Part shown: piece by piece, positions 51,258 to 62,600 of the stretch | How the letters are laid out: the number at the start of each line of letters is the position of its first letter | How positions within the stretch are numbered: the first letter of the stretch is position 1 | Assembly (NCBI GenBank): GCA_043228905.1 | Contig: JBHGNT010000004.1 | Location: 8,308,001 to 8,372,000 of the forward strand | Length of the DNA: 64,000 nucleotides | From: Azolla caroliniana | Lineage: Eukaryota; Plantae; Polypodiophyta | Direction of reading: 5' to 3' | The notes under the pieces: model-generated | What the model was told of the DNA's origin: nothing | What the model saw: the letters and a program-made list of their open reading frames with translations, nothing else | Database searches by the model: none | Translations under genes and position numbers: made by a program

Positions 51258-52350
51258 ATAGTTTAAACATAATAACCAACCACTTTCACTAGGGAGGGAA
51301 AGGGCTCCCTTAGAGTTACATGGCCTTGTATATAAGGCCTCAAGGTGACAATAAGGTTTTGTGAGCTTTGTAGATCTTTTTTAAAAGATTTTGGCCCACA
51401 CGATTCCTTTACTAGTTGATCTTCAAAAAGGTACACTTTACGTACCCCCTTCGAGCACTCTATCATTACAAGAATGTTGGCTGAATCTAAATCTTCGTAG
51501 TCAAATCATAGAATACAGCCATACATAAATGCGGTGTCATTTTCAAGCTAACCGTCGCCCTTCTTCTTTGTTGTATACAACACAACTTTTTTCTTGGAAT
51601 CGACGTACTGCATACACCATTCCTTGTCCGTTAGATCACGGTCAGGAAGGTCCTCACCACCAGTAGCAGCTAACATTTTCTTTTGGCTAATATCATCAGA
51701 TGGTTGAGATTTTGTCTCCTAGTTGAAGAGAAGCTTTTTTCCTCTCTTCATGTTTTGAGGAACTATTTGTTTCTGGGTCTCAATTGGAGAGCCCTGAATC
51801 CGGAGCTTTATTTTCTTCACAGGTCGGTCCGACAAGTTCTCAAACGACCTATTTAAGAAAAGACGTGCAAAAATATAAGTTAGGTGGTTGCCTAGATTAA
51901 GGTTACATATTAAAATATACATAAGTAGACCAAGACAAAAACTAATAAGCGATTTGTGCTAAACTCTAAATATCAATCATACTTTTTGTGAACATGATAG
52001 ACCTTTATTGTGAATTTAAATCTAGTAAGGGCTATTCAACTTCAAATATTATATATCTTAATAATTATACAAGGATATGTATCATATTAGAGGGTAGGTA
52101 TGGCTTATATTGATTCCATATCCCATATTGTTGAGAATTTTAATACGATAGACTTGAATTTGGTATCATAAAGGTAATTCGTGGGTTATTTTCTATTATT
52201 TTACGCTATTATAGGTCATAAAACCTTTTTAAGTAAGGCCGCTAAATGTTACAAAATGTAGCAAATGTCACTTAAAAAGTTTGAATTGGACATAAAATTG
52301 GTATATTTTCACACATATACCAAATTATTACCCCAAAGACACAATATTCA

Positions 52351-52709
52351 TGTTTAAAGTTTGTGTTTTATATAGTAACTCGATACATCGTATCAAGTTC
52401 ATGTATAAAACACAAACTTTAAACAGGAACTTGATACGGCGTATCACGTTTCTGTATAAAACACATACTTTACATAGGAACTCGATACGGTGTATTGAGT
52501 TCGTGTATGTAATACAAAATTTAAACACGAACTCGATACACCGTATCGAGTTCTTGTATAAAACACAAACTTTAAAAAGGAACTCGATACGTCATATCGA
52601 GTTCCTGTATATAACACAAACTAATAATAGGAACTCGATATGGCGTATCGAGTTCCTGTATAAAACACAAACTTCAAACAGGAACTCGATACGTCGTATC
52701 GAGTTCTTG
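52351..52709. repeat. Minisatellite: 7 x 51 bp, each unit with a ~33-bp palindrome
   Basis: AACTCGATAC-type starts at 52377, 52428, 52479, 52530, 52581, 52632, 52683. Confidence 0.95.
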
Positions 52710-53738
52710 AGTGCTAAAACATATTTACAAAAATGTTCGTACTGCCAGGCAGTTACCTGGATTCTCGGCGCTCGATTTTCTTCGAAGACATGATTCTCGT
52801 TGTGGATGCTTACGGGGAGATGACGATTTGGTGCTGCGTGCTATGGGTTGTTTGTGCTCTGTGTGCTCGTGTGCTCTGTTTTGCGTGTGAGTGATTGCAA
52901 AATGAGGAGGTCTTCTTATTTATAGGGATTGGCCACTATGGTGAAAGTAACCACAGTTACTTTAACTAGGGTTGGTAAGCTTAAGGTTAGTTAGTTAGAC
53001 CTAAGAAAGAGTTTCTTTGACCTTAGGACACTTTATTTAGTACATAATCTTGAATGTACCAATGACTCTCTAATGGATTTGAATTAAATGATGTTTATGA
53101 ATGAATTAATGATTAAATACTCAAATTAACATATTAATGATTATTTTATACTCAAACTAACATACAATGCCTTTGAAGGTTATAAAGAAAACAATGATAG
53201 AGGTTCATGAATGAACCAATGATTGAATACTCAAAGCAACATTTTTATGACTCTCTAATGTTTTGTATTAAAGATGTGGCCATGAATAAACCAATGATTG
53301 AAAAGGCTTATATTTAAAATGGTGGGCATGAATGAACCAATTATTGAGAAGTTCTATATTAAATATGGGTGCCATTAATTAACCAATGATTTTAACTTTA
53401 AACCAACATATATATGACTTGGTAATGATTGTAATTATATTATACTTCATGGCTAAAGTAAATTTAATTTAAATTATATATTATAGGATTAATAAGGTAT
53501 AAAATATAATTGATTCAACTTTATACTGACTAGTTTAATTAATTATTAATATGTTGAATAAAATTATTATATTAAAAATAATATCTTTATTTATTGTATT
53601 AATATAATATTAAATAATATAGACATTATATTGAGGGAGCTTCTGTTTAGAGAGGAGTTTATGTTTAGAGAGGAGCTTATCAGCTTTTTATATTAGCCCA
53701 AGCACATAACTTAAAGAGCTCTGTGTGGACCTTAAGCC

Positions 53739-55413
53739 ATGAGTGAAGACTCACCGTTCTCGATTGAAGAATATTGTTTGTCATTAGACTCTTTGTTTTC
53801 TACCGAAGAGTATTGTCTGTCGACAGACTCACCCATTTATATCGAAGAGTATTGTCTGAGCTCATCTTCACCTACACCACATGTGAATAATGACACATGT
53901 GAAGAGTTCTCTATTGAAGAATACGATATTAATAAAGATACGGAGAATGAAGGTAGTGCTAATGAAACATCAAATATCATGGGCGATGGTCACAACAAAG
54001 AATTGGATTGTAACAAGGTTACCCCAACTTCTATGCAGGAAGAGAAATCTGGAAGCCTTGTGCATATTAGAAGAATCCCACGTAGAATTTGTTTGGCCAA
54101 ATTTAACTTGGTGACATCAGATAAGCCGATTGGATTTGATGTCAACAAAATTTGTTGTGCCCGTGGTTGTATGTCTATGATTGGAAAATCAAAGTTGTGA
54201 GAATTAAGGCGATACTGATTTTCGATGACCGGTGATGAGCAAGACACTTACCTCGGGTCACATATGCAACTAGTGTCTTACAAATGTACATGGATCAAAA
54301 TATCATTCGAGTATTATATCTTCCATGCACAACAGATATATAGAGTTGCATTCAAAATTGCGTTATGTGTTAGTAACATGCGGCTACATAGAGTACAACA
54401 ACATCTACTTAGCGGGGATCATATGCTCAATTGTAAAGAGGTTCCAAGTATGAAAGGTGCAATTGGAAGACATGTTATTGGTTGGATGAAAAGTTACTTT
54501 CAGTTAAATTGTGAAGTAATGCCCACTACAGGTAAGATGCACCTCTCTGATAATTACACATGTCGGGAAGTTTATGATGTCTATCGATCAGATGTGGTGG
54601 GCTCACGTAATAAATCTATCACATATAGCCAATTCACAAGATTATGGAGAGCTCAATTTTCAAATGTTATCATTCCACGTAAAGTATGCATGGGGTATTG
54701 CTCCATTTGTGCAAATCTTAAAATTTTGGCTAAAGGTGCAAAGACATTAATGGAAAAGGATATGAGTAAGAAGTTACTATAGGAGCATCGTGAGGCACAA
54801 TCGTTAGAACGAAAGAAGGCGATGCATCATAGAGAGAAGTGTTTGAAGAGGCCCGAACAATACATGTGCTTAATGATAGATGGCATGGACTAGAAGAAGA
54901 CGTGTTTGCCGCATATGCGGAGGCTCCCCAAAGACATCAATGATGAGTGTCTTGTTCAAATGCACTTGGTGGGATGCTTGGCTTATAATAGGTCTGTTGA
55001 ACCTCACGTCTTCATTACATACCCCAATGTTCACAATGACCCTAACCTAACAGTTACAGTGATTCACCGAGTTTTGATGTCTTGGGGCCAACCATTCCCC
55101 CCTGTTCTATACATTCAATTGGACAATACTACTAGAGAGAACAAAAATTCAACTGTGTTTGGCTATCTAAGTATGTTGGTCAACCAAGGATTGTTTAGAA
55201 AAGTGAAAGTCAATTTTCTTTTGGTTGGCCACACACATGATCATATAGATAAGATGTTTAGCACATTCTCCAGATAGTTGTCTCGGCATGATGCTTTCAC
55301 ATTACCAAAACTATTTGATGTCATTTGTGATGCATATACGCCACGCCCAAAAGTATTACACTTGAAGGAGGTATATGACTTTAAGAGATATATATCAGAT
55401 GGGGTTGTTTGAT
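53739..55413 (+). pseudogene. DUF7869/Sola-like DDD transposase-related gene (five in-frame stops, no frameshift seen)
   Basis: ORFs 53739, 54225 and 54906 share one frame; CCARGC, CSIC, LMIDGMD*KKT, YIQLDNTTRENKN, FLLVGHTHDHIDKMFS. Confidence 0.72.
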
Positions 55414-55524
55414 TGGTACATCCAAGGATGATGAGGAGGAATCCTCATTGTATATTAGTTATAGTAGTGATTCTCCGTAAAGGAGTGATCATGAATGTAT
55501 TTCTGGCTATTAAGTGTAACTACA

Positions 55525-58500
55525 TGTTGGGAGACAGGTCCCTCCGGATGGTGCAGACCTGGTGAGAACTGGACGAGGAGTACTCAACTACGGAGAGCCG
55601 GATGGTGCAGACCCGGTGAGAACCGGACAAGGAGTACCCGGCTACGGAGAGCCGGATGGTGCAGACCCGGTGAGAACCGGATGAAGAGTACCCAACTACA
55701 GAGATCCGGATGGTGCACACCCAGTGAGGACCGGATGAGGAGTACCCGGCTACGGAGAGCCGGATGGTGCAGACCCGGTGAGGAGTGATCACCGGATGAA
55801 GAGACATATTTGTAAATATGTTTATGAGAGTCCATCATGGCTATATTTGTAAATAGCCGAAAAGTCATATTAGTATAAATATGACTTAGGGCAAACTTTT
55901 AGAGTGAGTAGTTGTTATTCTTGTTGGTGCAAGGAGAGAGAGAGCGCGGAACTGTGTACAGAGAGAGAGAGAGAGAAAGAGGTCGTTGCCTCTGTTGTAA
56001 CCGCCGCCTGTGGCGAGGATCGTGAGCACGAGGTCGTTGCCTCCGTGAACTCACTGTTGTATATTCTAGCATAGTGATAGTTTGCAGCCTGTGGGCTGCT
56101 GTGGTTTTTCCCTTAGTTTGGGTTTTCCACGTAAACATCTTGCGTACTCGTCTCTTCTCTTGTATCATGCATTCATTCCCGTTTTCTGTGTATGATTCTA
56201 AGCTCGGTTGTGGCCGAGCGTTGTGTATAGGGAGCGTGCAGTTCCCGTCAAGTGGTATCAGAGCGAAACGACACAGAAAATGGACGAATCGTTTGGCAAC
56301 ATGTTCAAGCTCACCGGCTCCAACTATTCGGTGTGGAAGTCGAAGATTAGGGACATGCTCGTGGTTAAAGACCTCTGGCTGCCGGTTCAGTTCGGGGACA
56401 AGAGACCGGACAAAATAGACGCCGCGATATGGGAGGTGATGCACATGAAGACAACGGCATACATACGGTGCTTCATCGACATTAGCCTATACAACAACTT
56501 CAATGAAGAGAGCAAGGCTCATGAGCTCTGGGAGAAGATCGGCATTATGTTTCAAAACAAAAATGTTGTCAATCAGGTTTCGGTATTCCGGAAGCTAGTA
56601 AGACTCCGGTACCAAGATGGCTCCAGCATGGCGGAGCACATGAATGCCTTCCAGGGGTTGATACACCAGGCAACATCATTGGAAGTACCTCTTGCCGACG
56701 AGGTACTAGCGCTACTCCTGCTCGGTTCCCTCCTGGATAGCTGGGAGACATTAGTTGTCATTTTGGGCAACGCCGGGCCGGAAGGAAAGCGGTTATCCCT
56801 AGCAAGAGTGAAGTCGAGCTTGCTAGATGAGGAAGCGCGTCGGAAAGATAAAGATACGAGCTCCGACTCCAAAGCGCTCCTTACCGAATCGGAACACGGA
56901 AGACAAAGAAACCGTAGTCCCCAGAACCGGGAGAAGTCGGGGACACGGTCAAAGTCAAGGGGGAGGCCTACTTGCTTCTATTGTGGCAAGCCGGGACACT
57001 TCTAGAAGAACTGTCAGCATTTCCAAAAGGACAAGGAAACCGACGGTACCGATTTGAAGAGGATACTGGACCGGAACGGTAAAGACCGGAGGGGGCCGGA
57101 CCGGAAGGGAACGACGGCAATCGCGGCAAGTGAAGAAGAGTTGATGCTCATCACCGAGGAGAGTGAGATAAACCTTGCCGGGGACGAGATGACCTGGGTG
57201 GTAGACTCCGGAGCGTCGTTCCACCTTACCCCGGACCGGAAATGCTTCTCATCCTACTCAGCCGGTGATCACGGCTGTGTCCGGATGGGGAATGAAGGTA
57301 CATGCCGAATTGTCGGCATAGGAGATGTGTGGCTGACAACACCAACCGGATGCAAGTTGCTATTGAAGGATGTCTGACACGTTCCGGAGGTTCGTCTGAA
57401 CCTGATATCAACCAGTCGGCTAGATGATGAAGGCTACACGGGTAGCATCCGGAACGGTGTCATGAAGTTCAGCAAAGGGAGCCTGATTGTGGCTCGGGCC
57501 CGGAAGGTCAACACACTGTACCTGATGAATGCCCGGTTATGTCCGGAAGAAGTGAACGTGGCATCCGACACTGCCGGTGAGCTGTGGCACAAGAGGCTGT
57601 ATCATATGAGTGAGAAGGGGATGAAGAGGCTTGCAGAAGACAACCTCATTCCAGTGAAGAACGTGCACTTGGAGAAGTGCACTGATTGTTTGGCCGGTAA
57701 GCAAAACCGGACCTCCTTCCGACCAAGGCCACCGATGAGACATAATGCACCACTGGAGTTGATGCATACGGATGTGTGTCAAGTAGACACGAAGTCACAT
57801 GCTGGAGCGCAGTACTTCGTGACATTCATAGATGACCACAGCCGGAAGCTGTGGGCCACATCGTTGAAGACGAAGGATTAGGTGCTATGCGTCTTCAAAG
57901 AGCTCCACGCGAGAGTGGAAAGAGAAACCGGCCGGAAGCTGAAGGCGGTCCGAGTAGATAACGGAGGTGAATACCGGGGGCAGTTCGAGGAGTACTGTAG
58001 CTCGAATGGAATCCGGCTCGAATTTACCGTGCCGAAGACGCCGGAACTAAACGGACTGGCCGAGAGGATGAACCGGACCATAATGGAGAGGGTCCGGAGT
58101 ATGCTAGCGCATGCAAAACTACCCAAGAATTTTTCGGCTGAGGCATTGTCGACGGCGACATATATGATAAATAGATCACCCTCAATACCCTTGGACGGAG
58201 ACACACCACAGAGAGTATGGACCGGTAAGGAAGTATCCTACTGGCATCTGAAGGTGTTCGGGTGTCTCGCGTACGTGCATGTAGCTAAGGGCCGGAGAGG
58301 AAAGTTAGATCCAAAGACCCGGCCATGCATATTCCTCGGTTACGGTGACGATGAGTTCGGCTACCGAGTGTGGGACCTGGTCGACAAGACGGTATTTCGG
58401 AGTCGAGATATGATCTTTATGGAGGACAAAACGCTCGCCGACTGGGAGTCGGAGAAGAAGATAATGAACTCCGAGTCGACCGGTAAGGATAGACTCTACA

Positions 58501-59409
58501 ATGAACAGACCAAACCGGCAAGAGACCGGTTAGCACTCGAGGAGCCAGCCGGTTACGGTGAGGATATCGAACCGGCAGAAGAAGAAGTAGAGGAAGCTGA
58601 AACCAGAACCGGCCAAGACCCCGAATCCGATTCAGATGAAGAGCAAATAGAGGAGCCGGATACCGAAGCCGAGAGACAGAGATATCCTCTCAGAGAGAGA
58701 AGGTCCCCCCGGAGATTTCCGGATGCAGAGCATGTGCTGTTAACTGATGAGGGGGAGCCAGAAAGCTTCGAAGAAGCAAAGGATGACACCCACAGCCGAA
58801 AATGGTTAAGTGCCATGCAGGACGAGATGGATTCCTTGCATGAGAACCATACGTACGAATTGGTGGAGTTGCTGAAAGGAAAGCGGGCACTCCGAAATAT
58901 GTGGGTGTACAAGTTGAAACCGGGAGATGCCGGCTACCCCCCGAGATACAAAGCCAGGATCGTGGTGAAGGGGTTCCAACAGAAGAAGGGCGTGGACTTC
59001 GACGAGATATTTGCCCCGGTAGTAAAGATGACCTCCATCCAGACGGTGCTGAGTATAGCGGTAAGCATGGACCTCGAGGTAGAGCAGCTGGACGTGAAAA
59101 CGTCATTCCTTCACGGCGACCTCGAAGAGGAGATCTACATGCAACAACCGGAAGGATTCGTGGAGAAAGGGAAGGAGCACTTGGTTTGCCGGTTGAAGAA
59201 GAGCCTCTACGGGTTGAAGCAGCCCCCCCGGCAATGGTACCGGAAGTTCGACTCCTTCATGACTGATCAAGGGTACCACAAGACGCAGGCCGATCACTGC
59301 GTGTTTGTGAAGAAGTTCGAAGGAGGCGACTTCCTGATACTCCTTCTGTACGTGGACGACATGTTGATCGTCGGACGGGACCAAGCCAAAATACGGATGC
59401 TGAAGAAGG
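55525..59409 (+). mobile_element. Ty1/Copia element 4, interrupted in RT by element 5
   Basis: 5' LTR 55525-56250 with 54-bp tandem repeats (55544-55790); PBS TGGTATCAGAGC 56253-56264; gag-pol from 56280 with three in-frame stops; YVDD. Confidence 0.94.
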
Positions 59410-59587
59410 TGTCGAATACAAGTGTATAATGGACGTATTCACACTATCCCTTCGGGCCATTTGTGTAATTAGCATAAATGGTAGTTGCCCTAAGTCGGTC
59501 ACTATATATAGTGACCTTGTAACCTTCTTGTAAGGTTGGGTGTTGTATTATTGCTTTGTTGAATAAGAAAGTCTTTTGTGTGTGTGT

Positions 59588-59663
<76 letters not shown>

Positions 59664-62600
59664 AACGACCTACAATCTGTCATACGCAGGTATACTCAAC
59701 AGCAATCGAATGCTCCTTGATCTTCCGCATAGACGACCTCGTCCCCAACATCTGGTATCAGAGCCTGCACAGTAGTCGGTCCTTCAATCTGCTGTCGGCC
59801 GTCGTCTCAGCCTGCACAGCATTCGGTTTCCTGCGTCATTCGAAGAAGAGAGAAGAAGAAGAGAAACGAGGCTTGCATCTCATCGCGTTAGATCATCTTC
59901 GCTTGGAGTAAGCCAGCAGGTTGTACTCTGTCCCTTGTGATCGTAACCGCTCGAGGTGAAATCCCCTTGTGCAACATTGACACGATCGTGCTCCACCCGG
60001 TTAAACGGCATCCGAAGAGGTAATCAAACGCCGCTCATTGTAACCACTCGGTGCAGATCGGTCTTAAGACAACAACCCCAAATTCGTGCTTCATCTGGCT
60101 GATCGACATTCGGGAGGATCAGTTGGATCCGTCTCTCTCGTTGCTGCAGTCAACCGAAGCAGAATCGGTCCAGATAATCGGTTTCAATAATCGGTATTCG
60201 GCATATATATCCGAAACGAACTGGGCTCACTCCGACTCGGCAACATTCGGGAAGACCAGTCGGTTCTGTCCCTCAAGCTACCGGAGTCAATTCGAGCAAG
60301 TTCCGAAGCCGAACCGACTCGGGTTCAAATCCGACTAGAACGATATCGGGTGAGCCAACCGGCTGCACTCCAACAAGGTTCGTAGTCAACTCCGAACCGA
60401 GCTCCGTCAACCGAAACCAAATTTGATGGCATCAACATCCGGCTCGTCAGAAATGAGTCTACGCAAGTTCGATGGATCGAACTTCAACTTCTGGAAGGAA
60501 CAAATGCAGGACTATCTCATAGTCAAGGGGCAAATCGATCCCATCGAAAATGAAGAACCTCCAGAAGGATACAAACCAATTGAGTGGCAGAAGCTGGACA
60601 GAATCGTCCGCGCCACGATTCGGATGCACCTATCGGAATCGGTATACTTTACGGTGCAATCGTGTATGACAGCATTCGAACTGTGGAAAACACTGTCGGA
60701 CACTTACGAAAAGAAGGTCGCCGCAACAAAGATGTTTCTGATCCGGCGCCTCTACAACTTGCGGATGAAAGAATCCGACTCGGTTCAAGCACACCTCAAT
60801 GAGTACGAAAGCATAAGCTCCCAAATCTCGTCACAGGGGACGGCAATCGAGGATGAACTCAGAGCAATGATACTCATGAGCAGCCTTCCCTCATCATGGG
60901 AAACTTTCGTCACAACCGTGTGCAACGCGTCAACCACGGCTGTTAAATACTCCGAAGTCACGAGCGCAATCCTGACCGAAGCAGCTCGGAGAAAGTCTTT
61001 CGCCAAAGACTCAACAGACGACACTTACGTAGTACAAGGTTCGACAGACCGATCGAACATACGAGGAAGAGATTCCTCACGGCCGCCGAACAATCAGCGA
61101 AGACGGAGCCAGTCACGGGATAACCGAATCTGCAACTATTGCAAGAAACCCGGACACATCAAAGCCGACTGCCGCGCACTCAAGAACAAGAACAACAAGA
61201 AGAGTGGCCGGCATGAGGAGATCAATTACGTCAGCTTCTCAGCTGATGTGCTACCAGACGACCCGAATATACTATCAATCGAAAATCCAGTCGAATCAAA
61301 AGTCCTACTCACGACTGAAGAGTCGAGCACATGGCTCTTAGATTCGGGCGCGTCATTTCACGTGACTCCTCATCGATCCCAATTTCGGCAATATACGATC
61401 CGTCACTCCGACTCAGTTCGAGTCGGCAACTCACAACACTGTGACATCATCGGAATCGGCACAGTAGAGCTCAACCTTGCAGGTGGCTCTACACTTGTAC
61501 TCCACAATGTCCGACATGTACCCGAGCTCTCAAGGCCATTGATCTCAGTCGGACAACTAGATGAAGACGGCATTCGTGCCGGTTTTTCTTCGGGAGGGTG
61601 GACACTCCACAGGGGGAACCTCCTGCTTGCTAGAGGACCCAAGATACACTCACTATATCCGTTACATGTTACGCTCAGAGAGGGTAACCTATTTTTGGTG
61701 GATATTCCTGTGTCATCACTATGGCACAGAAGATTAGGACACCTCAGCAAGGCCGGCATTACGCATCTATCTAGAGCCGGATACATCCCTAAACTATCCT
61801 TCTCCGACCATCAATTCTGCGAGCATTGCCAGTATGGCAAACAAGCAGCCGCATCACACCCGACATCAGCACCAAGAGAAACGAGACCTCTTGATTTGGT
61901 CCACTCGGACGTCTGTGGCCCAATGCCGCATCAGTCTCTCGGCGGTGCCTCTTACTTCGTCACTTTTATTGACGATTCGACTCGAAAGGTGTGGGCTTAT
62001 CCGATTCGCACCAAAGATCGGGTCTTCTCGATCTTCACCGATTGGCTCGCTATGGTAGAAAATCAAACCGACCGAAAGCTGAAATGCTTTCGGACAGACA
62101 ATGGGGGAGAGTTCAAATCCGATGAATTCGTCAAATTCTGCCGACAACGCGGCATCCGACGTGAATTTACGGCACCACACAGCCCGGAGCAAAACGGGAT
62201 TGCCGAACGCATGAATCGCACAATCCAAGAACGGATAGTTTCCATGCTCCAACACTCCGGACTGTCGGATGGCTTCTGGGCAGAGGCTCTACTCACGGCA
62301 GTACACATAATCAATATGTCGCCAAGTAGACCTCTAGGACTTCAAATTCCTCAGGAACGATGGATCGGCAGTAAGCCGAATTACGACAAGCTGAGGATCT
62401 TCGGATGCGAGGCGTACGCCCTTATTCCGAAAGATGATCGCCGAAAACTTGCACCTCGGTCCAGGAAATGCATTTTCCTTGGATATGGATCCGACGGCGA
62501 AATGGGATACCGACTCTGGGATCCCGAACGCAGACAAATCGTCCGAAGTTCGGACGTTGTGTTCAACGAGTCGGCTATGAATCCATCAGTCGAAAAACCG

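Larger units (their letters stand above)
49830..52791 (-). pseudogene. Two-exon unknown gene, nonsense-decayed and interrupted by the TIR element
   Basis: CTATAAATA at ~52917-52925; exon 1 52791-52757 (MSSKKIERRES, GTAACT donor); phase-matched acceptor with exon 2 from 51848; one frame through 51258 that resumes at 50051. Confidence 0.6.

Noticed and set aside
52351-52709. CRISPR-like array of regularly spaced palindromes
   Set aside because: Linkers are copies of one another rather than unique spacers; no cas genes; eukaryotic context.
52350-52793. 147-aa repeat-protein ORF
   Set aside because: By-product of a 51-bp unit; the reverse strand gives a similar ORF.
53085-53400. Degenerate ATGAATGAACCAATGATT repeats as element termini
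   Set aside because: AT-rich, irregular and without an inverted partner; no call supported.
55495-55868. ORFs with 18-aa repeats
   Set aside because: Derived from 54-bp U3 tandem repeats in the Copia-4 LTR.
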